Shown: positions 48,466-57,659, counted from the first letter of the stretch. The stretch is 64,000 nucleotides of DNA from Leptolyngbyaceae cyanobacterium HOT.MB2.61 (GCA_023511615.1 JAIMBL010000004.1:11478-75477), one strand, 5' to 3'. Notes: generated by a model from the letters alone, not told the origin. Numbers and translations are program-made.

Positions 48466-49815
48466 ATGAACAATCCAATCTCTGAGGGTTTAGAAAAAAT
48501 TCGCCTCCAGTTTGACCGGGCTCCTTATCCTGGATACCCCATTGACCAATCTCCAGAGGGAAATACCAGTCTGCTATTTATCCATAATTTGATCACGCCA
48601 TTTTATCTGAGGAATCAGCAAATTCTTGATGTCAGCAAAGCCACTATCCTGGATGCGGGCTGTGGTAACGGCTATACATCGTTAGCGCTGGCGATCGCCA
48701 ATCCCGGTGCAAAAATTGTTGGGGTGGATTTATCGAATACCTCAATTCAAATGGCACGGCAGCGAATGCAACACTTTGGCGTGAGCAATGCAGAATTTCA
48801 TACGCTGTCGATTGAACAGGTGCCTTCGTTAGGGATGGAATTTGACTACATCAATTGTGATGAAGTGTTGTATCTGGTGCCCAATTTGAACCTGGCATTG
48901 CGATCGCTCCAATCAGTGCTCAAGCCCAAGGGAATTCTGCGGGGAAACCTGCATAGCCTGTACCAGCGAGGCAGCTTCTTTCGAGCACAGCAACTTTTCA
49001 AATTGATGGGCCTGATGGATTCTAATCCAGGTGAAACGGAAGTGGCGATCGCGCTACAAACGATACAGGCATTAAAAGATGACGTTCCCCTCAAATCCCA
49101 AACCTGGAACTCGGAATTTGAAGGGGCCGTTGCTTATGGCAAAACTGTAACTAATTACCTGCTTCAAGGAGACAAAGGTTTCACTATTCCTGATCTGTTT
49201 GCTGCTTTAAAGACAGCTGATCTAGAATTCATCAGCATGGTGAACTGGCAGCTATGGGACTTGATGGAGCTGTTCAAAGACCCCAATCACCTGCCACCAT
49301 TCTGGCAAACAAATTTACCCAATCTTCCAATCGAAACCCGCCTGCATATGTTTGAACTGATGTATCCCGCTCACCGACTGCTTGACTTTTGGTGTGGCCA
49401 TCCGGGGCAGGCGAATTCTTTCATTCCTCCCCAACAATGGCAACCTGTTGACTGGCAAAATGCGATAGTACACCTCCATCCCCAGCTTAGAACGGCGACA
49501 GTACGGGAGGATTTAATTCACTGCATACAGCAGAGAAGCCCCTTCAGCATCAGTCGCTACCTGTCTGCCCTGACACTCAAACCAGTCCGATTACCCCCTC
49601 TTATAGCTGCTTGCTTACTGCCACTGTGGGAAGGAGCACAACCCGTAATGGCACTGGTCGAACGGCTACTTAAAATCAAACCTCTACACCCCGTTACCCT
49701 GGAGCCAATGACAGCAGAAATGGCCTTGAGCGAAATCATCAAAACCTTGACCAGTTTAGAAGCATTCCTTTACGTGCTTCTGGAAATGAAAGCGACAGGC
49801 AGTGGGGTTAAGTAG
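48466..49815 (+). CDS. class I SAM-dependent methyltransferase with uncharacterised C-terminal domain (paralogue 2)
   Basis: Collinear with 47131-48462 over the whole length, with more than half of positions identical by eye. Shared motifs are ILDAGCGNGYTSLALA, IVGVDLS, GDKGFTIPDLFAALKTADLEFISMVNW, HRLLDFWCGHP and CLLPLWEG. Confidence 0.85.
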   Translation: MNNPISEGLEKIRLQFDRAPYPGYPIDQSPEGNTSLLFIHNLITPFYLRNQQILDVSKATILDAGCGNGYTSLALAIANPGAKIVGVDLSNTSIQMARQRMQHFGVSNAEFHTLSIEQVPSLGMEFDYINCDEVLYLVPNLNLALRSLQSVLKPKGILRGNLHSLYQRGSFFRAQQLFKLMGLMDSNPGETEVAIALQTIQALKDDVPLKSQTWNSEFEGAVAYGKTVTNYLLQGDKGFTIPDLFAALKTADLEFISMVNWQLWDLMELFKDPNHLPPFWQTNLPNLPIETRLHMFELMYPAHRLLDFWCGHPGQANSFIPPQQWQPVDWQNAIVHLHPQLRTATVREDLIHCIQQRSPFSISRYLSALTLKPVRLPPLIAACLLPLWEGAQPVMALVERLLKIKPLHPVTLEPMTAEMALSEIIKTLTSLEAFLYVLLEMKATGSGVK

Positions 49816-49868
49816 CCATCATAAAGGGCGGACAGCGTCACAAATGAAAATAGGGGAAGCGAATATAT

Positions 49869-52800
49869 CTACTTGTACCCAACCGCCCAGATATTTAGAT
49901 TTCCCTTTTGAATATTGACTTTGCTAAAGCCTGCCTGTTTTAGCTTCTGGCTCAAACTTTCACTGGTAAAAGCGGTGCGGTGGGCCATAAAGTGATTGCC
50001 TCCAGCGATCGCCGTTCTTAACCCATACAGAATATCAATTGCAGAAATCGGTCCTGCAGGAGATTCGTACAGTGGTTCCTCTAAATTTCCTGTTGCCACA
50101 TGCTCTGCCACTTCCTGAATATCAGGGACGCTAATTAACACTCGTCCACCAGGTTTTAAGACCCGATAAAACTCTCCCAGGGCAATTGGAACTTCATGGG
50201 CATAAACATGTTCCAGATTGTGAGAAGAGTAGACCGCATCCATTGACTCGTTGGGTACGGCACTCATATCAGTAATTGAGCCTACGATATCGGGTTGCAC
50301 TGCGGGATTGAGATCGAGCCGAACTTCACGCCATTCGGATGTACGAAATGGTTTTGGCAGAGCTTCGGGATCGTAAGGCCCGCACCCCACATGGAGAATT
50401 AATTTAGTTGCCGTCGTTTGCATATTCAACCATTCCTGAGAAGTCTTTTCCTGTTGTAATAATTGTTCCTGCACAATTTGACGATAAAACTGTTCTAATC
50501 CAGCAACACAGGCAACATCTTCAAACAGGTTTGACTGGCACTCCCAAATTCGTTGCGAAATTGCCCGTCTCCAGCCGGGTTCCAGCCCTAGTTTGACGGC
50601 AATATCGATGTATTCAGCTTCGGTCTGGGCGATGGTGTCAGTTACTCCCAGCATACGCAGGATACCCACGGACTGACGACCCCGCATCAGTTCCCCAGGG
50701 CAGCACACAACTGGGAGACCAGCAGCGATCGCTTCCAGCGTTGTGTGTCCCCCCGAAAAGCCGAGGGTATCGAGAAAGATATCCGTACAGGCCAGTAAAC
50801 TGGCATACCCTTGCAAATCCTGACCGGGCAGAAACACGCAATAATCCTCCATCCTTAACCCGGCATCAGCAAAGGCCCGCTGCAACCGCTGGCGAAACTG
50901 CTGCATTAATCGAGGGTTCACACTCCCCCTTGGAGTTGAGCGCAAAACAAACACGATTTGAGCATCAGGCACCCGACGCGCAATCTCGACCAGTAAATAA
51001 TCATGCTGAGGTAGATACTTAAACATCAACTGGCAAGAAAGATACAACACGGCATCTTCCCGCAGCCCAAAATCGGTTCGTCTTTTGGTGGCTTCAGGAA
51101 ACACGGGTTTAGGGTAGCAAAGTCCGATATTGGGCAAACGCACCAATTGCTCACTGTAGTGTTCCTGGGCATTGTCAGGCTCCATCAATTCACTGGACAG
51201 GAAGTAGTCGATAGTCGGAAGCCCGGACGTGACTGGATGTCCCCAGGCACTACACTGAACCGGAGCCAGGCGTAAGGATGCGATCGCCTTTATTCTCACC
51301 CGTGTTCCCAGAGCCAAAAACACCAGAATATGTAGCTGATCAGCCCGAATTCGCTCACCGATTGCGTTTGGATCATTTGGCAACTGGTAAAAGACATCAC
51401 TTAGTAGTCGGAACTGCTCAGTTCGTAGATCTGTGTTTGCATCAATGCTGTAACAATAAATTTCAAACTGACTGCGATCGTGGTTCTTCAGCCAGCCAAC
51501 TGCCCAGCGGGTTTCGCTGTTATTTCCTAAAGATTCGGCAATGTAGCCAATTCGGATTTTGCCGTTCTTCCCTATAAGGGGCATCGCCATCGGCTGAACC
51601 AGAGATGGGTAACGCTCTGCCATTAGTTGATGTCGCAGATGGCCATAAATCCTTTGGATCGAGCGATCATTAAACCCCTGGTAGGAAATATAGAAATTTG
51701 TGAAGTTCTCCAGCGCCTGAAAATTAATTGACTTGCCCTGACTGCGAGCTTCTTCTACCTGCCGACTCAGGCGGTTACAGCCCTCCAGGTAACGCTGGCG
51801 GTAAAAAGCTATCTCTTCGGTTGACTGGTAAAGTATTGGCAGAACAAGGTCGGGCAAAATTTGCAAGAAAGCGTCTTCCGAGCGTAACTGGGCAGCCCTT
51901 TGGGCACATTGAATCACCTGCTCTGTCAGTCCGCACTGGAAGTAGCTGTCATACAACACCAAACACTCACTAACGGTTTCCAACTGCTCAATCGAAAAGT
52001 GAGCTTGAAATTGTTCAATCGCTTCCTCATGATCGTTCTGAAAGTAAAGCGAGTAAATCGTACAGAACTTTTCTCGTTTGAAATCGCCTTCTATTCGGTA
52101 AGCGTCAGCTAGTCGTTGCCAAATATTCGGGTTCTGCCTGTCCAGGTTGATGGCCTTGTGATATTCCGCAATAGCAGCCTGCCGTTGCTCCCGCTTCATC
52201 AGCACATCGCCCAGGTTTACATAGCTGGTACTCCAGTCTGGTGCCGCTGCGATCGCCTGTCGAAACAGTTTTTCAGCTTCATCCAAGGTTCCCTGGTGTA
52301 ACCGCAATTCTCCCAGACTGTTGAGGGCATTCGCGTAATTCGGGCTCAGTGCGATCGCCTGCTGATAGGCCTCTGTCGCTTCTTCAAGCTGTCCTATACG
52401 CTCCAAAGCCAGGCCCAAAATCTGGCAGGCCACTGGATTGTGAGGATTCAGGTTAAGTGCAGTCCGCAATGCATCGAGAGCCAGCTCATTCTGACCAAGC
52501 AGATAGTGGACCATCCCCAGATTTTGCCAGACTTCCCCATTGCTCCTGTCGTAGAGCAGTATTTTTTGATACGCTTCCTCTGCCGCGTCCAATTGTCCTT
52601 CAACCACTCGCTGGGCGGCTTCGTTGCGCAGACTTTCCAGCTTTGTAAATTGCTGGTGCTGCTCTAAGGAGGAAATTGCGTGAATCGCATTCAACTCCCG
52701 CCGCTGGGCATCAGAGGCGATCGCACCAGAAGAAACCTCCCTATCCCAACCCAAGAGTAACAGACCGCTGCCAGAGGCAGGATATCCTCCCTGTTTGGTC

Positions 52801-53414
52801 AAATCCAGCAACAACTGCGCCTGGGGATAGGCGGTCAAAAAATCCCAGGCAGCCTGCCGCACCATTCCCAACTCTGCCTGGGCCAGAACGATCAGTGCTT
52901 GTTCCGCCAGAAATGGTTTTGCCAGCATCAGAGCCAGGAACTGGGAGCGATAATCGGATGCGCCGTTGTAAAAATAAACACCAATTCGGTCGTCTAAACC
53001 TGTGGCACTCAAATCGGCAAAAAAATCTTCAGTGTCCTGAGCGCAAAAAAGCACCTGCTCTTCCAAATGAAAAGTGGTCAAATTCTCTAGCAGGCGATCA
53101 ACCATTGCTCCCTGGGGGTCTAGCCGGGCTGGGCTCTCAACCGCGTAGGCCATGCGATCGCCATGCCCCCGCAAAGCCGCAATGACGCTAACACCCTCCA
53201 GGCAGCCAATTTCACAGTAAACTTCTCCTGCGGCCATGCAGCCGACTGCTTCATTGAGCAGTGGCATGATGGCAGCGTTTGGCACAGTCCCAGATTGGAC
53301 TAATCCAGATTGGGCTAACGATAGCTCAAACTGAGCGGATGCAGGATAAGCCGCAGACACTCCCGAATTTTGGTACAGGTCGGGCAAACGGTTGATCAAT
53401 CGTTGAAAGTTCAT
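49869..53414 (-). CDS. four-module fusion protein: methyltransferase-like domain / TPR array / GT41 (O-GlcNAc-transferase-like) glycosyltransferase / SAM methyltransferase (type 11)
   Basis: 1181 aa. Residues ~45-225 form a class-I MTase-like fold (VYCEIGCLEGVS...VYFYNGASDY). Residues ~265-445 hold 5-6 TPRs. Residues ~615-975 form the GT41 domain (IRIGYIAESLGNNSETRW, APVQCSAWGHPVTSGLPTIDYFLS, FLDTLGFSGGHTTLEAIAAGLPVV). Residues ~1000-1181 form a Methyltransf_11-like domain (LHVGCGPY..., VYSSHNLEHV, VLKPGGRVLISVPD). Confidence 0.85.
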   Translation of the reverse strand: MNFQRLINRLPDLYQNSGVSAAYPASAQFELSLAQSGLVQSGTVPNAAIMPLLNEAVGCMAAGEVYCEIGCLEGVSVIAALRGHGDRMAYAVESPARLDPQGAMVDRLLENLTTFHLEEQVLFCAQDTEDFFADLSATGLDDRIGVYFYNGASDYRSQFLALMLAKPFLAEQALIVLAQAELGMVRQAAWDFLTAYPQAQLLLDLTKQGGYPASGSGLLLLGWDREVSSGAIASDAQRRELNAIHAISSLEQHQQFTKLESLRNEAAQRVVEGQLDAAEEAYQKILLYDRSNGEVWQNLGMVHYLLGQNELALDALRTALNLNPHNPVACQILGLALERIGQLEEATEAYQQAIALSPNYANALNSLGELRLHQGTLDEAEKLFRQAIAAAPDWSTSYVNLGDVLMKREQRQAAIAEYHKAINLDRQNPNIWQRLADAYRIEGDFKREKFCTIYSLYFQNDHEEAIEQFQAHFSIEQLETVSECLVLYDSYFQCGLTEQVIQCAQRAAQLRSEDAFLQILPDLVLPILYQSTEEIAFYRQRYLEGCNRLSRQVEEARSQGKSINFQALENFTNFYISYQGFNDRSIQRIYGHLRHQLMAERYPSLVQPMAMPLIGKNGKIRIGYIAESLGNNSETRWAVGWLKNHDRSQFEIYCYSIDANTDLRTEQFRLLSDVFYQLPNDPNAIGERIRADQLHILVFLALGTRVRIKAIASLRLAPVQCSAWGHPVTSGLPTIDYFLSSELMEPDNAQEHYSEQLVRLPNIGLCYPKPVFPEATKRRTDFGLREDAVLYLSCQLMFKYLPQHDYLLVEIARRVPDAQIVFVLRSTPRGSVNPRLMQQFRQRLQRAFADAGLRMEDYCVFLPGQDLQGYASLLACTDIFLDTLGFSGGHTTLEAIAAGLPVVCCPGELMRGRQSVGILRMLGVTDTIAQTEAEYIDIAVKLGLEPGWRRAISQRIWECQSNLFEDVACVAGLEQFYRQIVQEQLLQQEKTSQEWLNMQTTATKLILHVGCGPYDPEALPKPFRTSEWREVRLDLNPAVQPDIVGSITDMSAVPNESMDAVYSSHNLEHVYAHEVPIALGEFYRVLKPGGRVLISVPDIQEVAEHVATGNLEEPLYESPAGPISAIDILYGLRTAIAGGNHFMAHRTAFTSESLSQKLKQAGFSKVNIQKGNLNIWAVGYK

Positions 53415-53580
53415 AGTTCCAGGAAATTGCTCAAATCCATAATTCCCACGAATCGAGCCACATCCTCTTCATTCGGATCCAAAAAAATTTCCCAGGGGTG
53501 ATATGAAACCATAGCGGGCGGGGTACGTTACATCCAGGAGTTAGAACCAAATACCCCGCATCTTAAAGGAGAAACCTCTC

Positions 53581-54123
53581 ATGAAATCTGAATTCAAGGC
53601 TAAGTTCATCCAGCACCTGGCTCAAAAGAAAAAGCCAGAAGAAGGCTTCACTCTGATTGAACTGCTCGTCGTTATTATCATCATTGGTATTCTGGCTGCA
53701 ATCGCGCTGCCCTCCTTCCTGAACCAGGCGAACAAGGCTAAGGAATCTGAGTCCAAGCAGTATGTTGGTTCTATGAACCGCACCCAGCAAGCTTACTTCC
53801 TGGAGAAAAATACCTTTGCCAGCTCAATTTCTCTCCTGGGTCTGGGTATCAACACTGACAGCGTGAACTATACCTACGCTATCACCGGTCAAACCAACAC
53901 CGCTGCTACGAACCTGTCCTATCCCAAGAATACCAACACCCTGCGGGCACACACGGGTGGTGTACAGGTCGCCCTCACCGCTCAGAACGAAGCAACCACT
54001 CTGGCGATTCTGTGTCAGAGTCCCAAGCCTACCGCTGGCAATGCAGGTGGTGTTAAATTTGGTGCGGCTAACGCATCGGGTGGTCCTTCCTGCGATAACA
54101 ACTTCGAGCCTCTGCTCAACTAA
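53581..54123 (+). CDS. pilA: type IV pilin, PilA1-like major pilin precursor
   Basis: 22-aa basic leader MKSEFKAKFIQHLAQKKKPEEG followed by FTLIELLVVIIIIGILAAIALPSF (class III signal, Phe+1, Glu+5). AAGGAG lies 8 nt upstream of the ATG, and two Cys sit near the C-terminus (disulfide loop). Confidence 0.92.
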   Translation: MKSEFKAKFIQHLAQKKKPEEGFTLIELLVVIIIIGILAAIALPSFLNQANKAKESESKQYVGSMNRTQQAYFLEKNTFASSISLLGLGINTDSVNYTYAITGQTNTAATNLSYPKNTNTLRAHTGGVQVALTAQNEATTLAILCQSPKPTAGNAGGVKFGAANASGGPSCDNNFEPLLN

Positions 54124-54171
54124 AGAGGGCATTATCACCTCCTTTGCAGTGATTTTGGTCTAGAACCTGGC

Positions 54172-54208
54172 GAGAGTGGGTAGAGTTTCTATCCACTCTC
54201 ACTGTTTT
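54172..54208 (+). terminator. rho-independent terminator downstream of pilA
   Basis: 13-bp stem GAGAGTGGGTAGA / TCTATCCACTCTC (one G-U pair) with a 3-nt loop, followed by ACTGTTTTG. It starts 48 nt after the pilA stop. Confidence 0.65.
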
Positions 54209-54232
54209 GCGGGTGACTCTTGCCATAGGTAA

Positions 54233-54414
54233 GGAAGAAAGGGGAGTAGGGGTGTTCCCCTAGTCAGGGGGCTTCGCCCCCTCCGCCTCCAAAACCATCT
54301 TTAATTGAATGGCGTTGCTGATTCAAGGGATGAATTTAGAGTTGGATGAATTGAAACTTCGTTCCAATTTATCCTGCTATTCAGCAACATCCATTTAATT
54401 GCACCCAGCTACTT
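54233..54414. repeat. family A (short subfamily) repeat carrying an extra ~90-bp hairpin insert
   Basis: GGAAGAAAGGGGAGTAGGGGTGTTCCCCTAGTCAGGGGGCTTCGCCCCCTCCGCCTCCAAAACCATCTTTAATTGAAT ... CCATTTAATTGCACCCAGCTACTT. The ends match the reverse complement of 3431-3530. The insert carries the inverted repeat GTTGCTGATTC/CTATTCAGCAAC. Confidence 0.65.
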
Positions 54415-54475
54415 AAGTATTTTTGGCAAATACGGGAATTCTTACTTAGAATTCACATGAACTTATACCATAGCG

Positions 54476-56701
54476 ATGATGATTGAGGTATCTCCTGTTG
54501 AAGTGGTTGGCTGGCGACAGCAGGCAGAACAATGTTTGCTGGCAGGAAATTATGCCCAGGCAGCAGACCTTTACCAGCGGCTAATTGAAGCGGAACCTGA
54601 AACCAAAATGCACTGCTGGCATCTGGGGTTAGCGTTGCTTTTGCAGGAGCAGGAGGCTGAGGCCCAAACGGTGTGGATGCTGGCAATGGTGGAAGGAAAC
54701 AGCAGCCAGGTGCAGCAGTGGACGGCTGAATTGGTTTCCGTTTTAGAGGCTGAGGCTGAACAGCGGGAAGAAAGCCATGACTATCCAACGGCCTGGGCCA
54801 TTCGCCAGCACATCCGGGAAATTGCTCCAGAGAATTTGACCAACCTGCTCCATCTGATGCAACTTTCGATTGAGTCAGGTACCTTTTCCGCCGAAAATCT
54901 AGCTAACCTGGGGGTGATTCCCCTGCTGCATGGGGCTACCAGAGATACGGTAGATTCTGATCTGCTTTTACAAAGCTTAAAGCGCCTTCTTGCCATTGCT
55001 CCCCTGGAACCGATTACCCTAGATTTTGCAGCCGCCTGTCTGAAGCACCGTTCCCAAGTTCTGGAGTTTGTGCTGGTGCTGATGCACCGGGCGATCGAAA
55101 TTGGCAATAACATGGGGCAACCACTGGTGGCGGTTGATTACGCAAAACGATGCCTGGAGGCGCTACCCAATAATTTGTCGATTCTGGGTCACCTGTCCCA
55201 CTTCTACCAGAATGCCAATCATCACACGGAGGGAATTGAGGCCGCGCGGCAGTATTGCACGATCGCCCGCGCATTGCCTGACCAGGTGTTTGGGGCGTTT
55301 TTGATGCTGCGATCGCTGCTGCGAGCCGGAGGGTACTGGGATAGTATTTTTCCGATTTTTGAACATCAGGATGTCCTGATTGAAGAGTTGGTCAATACTC
55401 AGGTAGAGCCGCTCGACCAAGCGACGGTCTTTCAATTGACGACTTCCACCTTCTGCCAGCCTTACATTCGCGATTCCCTGGTAAAAAATCGGTTAAACCA
55501 GAACCGTCTGATGCAAGTGTGTCAATCCAGTGTGCAAACCTATTCCAGAGAACTGGTTGATCGGTTTCAGCAGGGTTTTGCCACTCGCTCTACCCGGCGG
55601 GATGGGACGCACCCCCTCCGGATTGGCTACGTTTCCCACTGTATGAGGCGGCATTCCGTTGGCTGGCTCAGCCGCTGGTTGTTCAATTACCACAACCGGG
55701 AGCGGTTTCATCTCTACGGCTACTTCTGGAATTCTCAGGAGCTTGTGACAGATAGCTTGCAGCGCTGGTTTATGGAGCGGGTGCACCACCCCCGGATTCT
55801 GGGACGGGATAGCCAGGAAATTGCCAACCGAATTTTTGAAGATGAAATTGACATCCTGGTTGACCTGGATAGCATTACGGCAGACATCATCTGTGAGGTG
55901 ATGATGCTAAAACCTGCGCCCGTGCAGGTGACCTGGCTGGGTTGGGATGCTTCTGGAATTCCAGCGATTGACTATTACATCGCTGATCCCTACGTGTTGC
56001 CAGACTACGCAGAGAATCACTATGCCGAGAAAATCTGGCGCTTACCCCAGACCTACATTGCGGTTGATGGGTTCGAGGTTGGAGTGCCAACGCTGCGCCG
56101 CGAAGATTTGGACATCCCAGGCGATGCGGTGATTTACTGGAGTGGGCAAAGTGCGTACAAGCGCCATCCCAATACGGTGCGATCGCAGTTACAAATCATC
56201 AAAGCCGTACCCAACAGCTATTTCCTGATTAAGGGAATTAACGATGAAGGATCCATTCAGCAGTACTTTTTGCAAATGGCCGCAGAAATAGGAGTGGATT
56301 CCTCTCGATTAAGATTTTTGCCCGATGTAGCAGAAGAGCAAACCCACCGGGCCAATCTGGGAATTGCCGATGTGGTGCTGGACACCTACCCCTACAATGG
56401 AGCAACCACAACACTAGAAACCTTATGGATGGGAATTCCGATGGTGACGCGAGTGGGGGAACATTTTTCCAGCCGTAACAGCTACACCATGATGGTTAAC
56501 GCAGGGATTTCAGAAGGGATCGCCTGGACAGATGAGGAATACGTGGAATGGGGCGTGGGCCTTGGGAAAGACCCTCAATTGCGTCAACAAATTGCCTGGA
56601 AGCTATGGAAATCTCGTGCAACAGCTCCCCTATGGAATGCCAAGGCATTTACCCAGCAAATGGAGAACGCCTATGAAAAGATGTGGGAAATGGGCCGTTA
56701 A
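54476..56701 (+). CDS. TPR-repeat / GT41 family O-linked GlcNAc-transferase-like protein (OgtA-like)
   Basis: 741 aa with an N-terminal TPR-like helical region. GT41 motifs: LRIGYVSHCMRRHSVGWL, APVQVTWLGWDASGIPAIDYYIADPYVLP, VLDTYPYNGATTTLETLWMGIPMVT. The second half is collinear with the GT41 module of the 1181-aa protein. Confidence 0.85.
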   Translation: MMIEVSPVEVVGWRQQAEQCLLAGNYAQAADLYQRLIEAEPETKMHCWHLGLALLLQEQEAEAQTVWMLAMVEGNSSQVQQWTAELVSVLEAEAEQREESHDYPTAWAIRQHIREIAPENLTNLLHLMQLSIESGTFSAENLANLGVIPLLHGATRDTVDSDLLLQSLKRLLAIAPLEPITLDFAAACLKHRSQVLEFVLVLMHRAIEIGNNMGQPLVAVDYAKRCLEALPNNLSILGHLSHFYQNANHHTEGIEAARQYCTIARALPDQVFGAFLMLRSLLRAGGYWDSIFPIFEHQDVLIEELVNTQVEPLDQATVFQLTTSTFCQPYIRDSLVKNRLNQNRLMQVCQSSVQTYSRELVDRFQQGFATRSTRRDGTHPLRIGYVSHCMRRHSVGWLSRWLFNYHNRERFHLYGYFWNSQELVTDSLQRWFMERVHHPRILGRDSQEIANRIFEDEIDILVDLDSITADIICEVMMLKPAPVQVTWLGWDASGIPAIDYYIADPYVLPDYAENHYAEKIWRLPQTYIAVDGFEVGVPTLRREDLDIPGDAVIYWSGQSAYKRHPNTVRSQLQIIKAVPNSYFLIKGINDEGSIQQYFLQMAAEIGVDSSRLRFLPDVAEEQTHRANLGIADVVLDTYPYNGATTTLETLWMGIPMVTRVGEHFSSRNSYTMMVNAGISEGIAWTDEEYVEWGVGLGKDPQLRQQIAWKLWKSRATAPLWNAKAFTQQMENAYEKMWEMGR

Positions 56702-57659
56702 TGCCATCGAGTCTATTGTTTCCGTAATCTGTTCTCAATCAAGGGGGCGTCGGATTTTAGCGATCGCCCTTCTGGCAATGGTGGTAGGTTGTTCTGCGTC
56801 TACTCAAAAGTCTCAGTCGGTAGATTCCAGAAGCACCCAATCTCAGGCATCCCCTTCATCTGTGCCCAGTCCATCTCCAGAAGCGGTACCAGCTTCTCCA
56901 GTAAAAAACTCCAGAAGGGGGAACCCCAAAGCGGTAGCTCTCAATAACCAGGCCGTTGAAAAACTCTCCAAGGGAGACCTGAATGGGGCCTTGAGTACCT
57001 TTAATCAGGCAATTCAGACTGATGCACGTCTGGCAGAAGCTTACCTGGGGCGTGGGATTGCTTACTCTGGCTTAAGAAAACGCCAGGCAGCCATTCAGAA
57101 TTACAACCAGGCCATTAAGCTAGATCCTGGCTTTGCCGCAGCCTATCTCAACCGGGCCGATGAGTACGCGACAATCGGTCGCCGGGAGCAGGCGATCGCC
57201 GACTTTAGCAAAGCGGCCCAACTCTTCTCGCAACGGGGTGATCAAGCCAATGCTCGCCTTGCTCAATCCCGCATCGAAGACCTCAAAACTCCCCTACCCG
57301 CCGTATCAATTGCTTCCAATCCCTCTCCCAGTAGTGCCTCTGAGCCTGTTGCCAGCAGCCCTCAAATGGCTCTGGCAATGCACCTGAGAAAAGCTGGAGC
57401 CAGGATGTATGGCACCTACTGGTGTTCTGTTTGCAACTGGCAACGCGAACAGTTTGGTGAAGCAGCCTTCAGCCAGATCACCTATGTAGAATGCGATCCT
57501 GGTGGTTCCAATCCTCAGCCTGACCTGTGCAACCAGGCAAACATTGCCGCCTACCCAACCTGGGAAATCAATGGTCGCCTTTACCCGCCGGGCGGTTATC
57601 CTTTACGGGAGCTTGCTAATCTTTCAGGTTATCAGGGTTCTCATAACTTTGGGGGGTAG
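56673..57659 (+). CDS. lipoprotein with TPR repeats and C-terminal VKOR-type thioredoxin-like domain
   Basis: Lipobox LLAMVVGC, a Ser/Pro linker and 3 TPRs (AEAYLGRGIAYSGL..., AAAYLNRADEYATIG...). The C-terminus MYGTYWCSVCNWQREQFGEAAFSQITYVECDPGG...C..ANIAAYPTWEINGRLY closely resembles the Trx-like domain fused to cyanobacterial VKOR. Start ATG 56673 overlaps the upstream gene end by 29 nt. The track ORF begins at 56532. Confidence 0.75.
   Translation: MKRCGKWAVNAIESIVSVICSQSRGRRILAIALLAMVVGCSASTQKSQSVDSRSTQSQASPSSVPSPSPEAVPASPVKNSRRGNPKAVALNNQAVEKLSKGDLNGALSTFNQAIQTDARLAEAYLGRGIAYSGLRKRQAAIQNYNQAIKLDPGFAAAYLNRADEYATIGRREQAIADFSKAAQLFSQRGDQANARLAQSRIEDLKTPLPAVSIASNPSPSSASEPVASSPQMALAMHLRKAGARMYGTYWCSVCNWQREQFGEAAFSQITYVECDPGGSNPQPDLCNQANIAAYPTWEINGRLYPPGGYPLRELANLSGYQGSHNFGG

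Noticed and set aside
47131-49815. Template/variable repeat pair of a diversity-generating retroelement
   Set aside because: The differences between the two methyltransferase copies are spread over all base types and the whole length, as in ordinary paralogue divergence. No reverse transcriptase gene is present.
52676-53185. 169-aa plus-strand ORF
   Set aside because: It is antisense to the 1181-aa fusion gene. The product is Pro/Arg-rich and non-protein-like.
53500-53580. SigF-type pilA promoter (TAGGC ... GGGTA-like boxes) around CATAGCGGGCGGGGTACG
   Set aside because: The two box-like sequences are only about 5 nt apart instead of the ~15-16 nt expected, so no confident promoter call can be made.
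56532-56672. 47-codon upstream extension of the TPR/Trx-like lipoprotein ORF
   Set aside because: It lies inside the 3' end of the GT41 gene in another frame. The lipoprotein signal peptide follows the Met at 56673.
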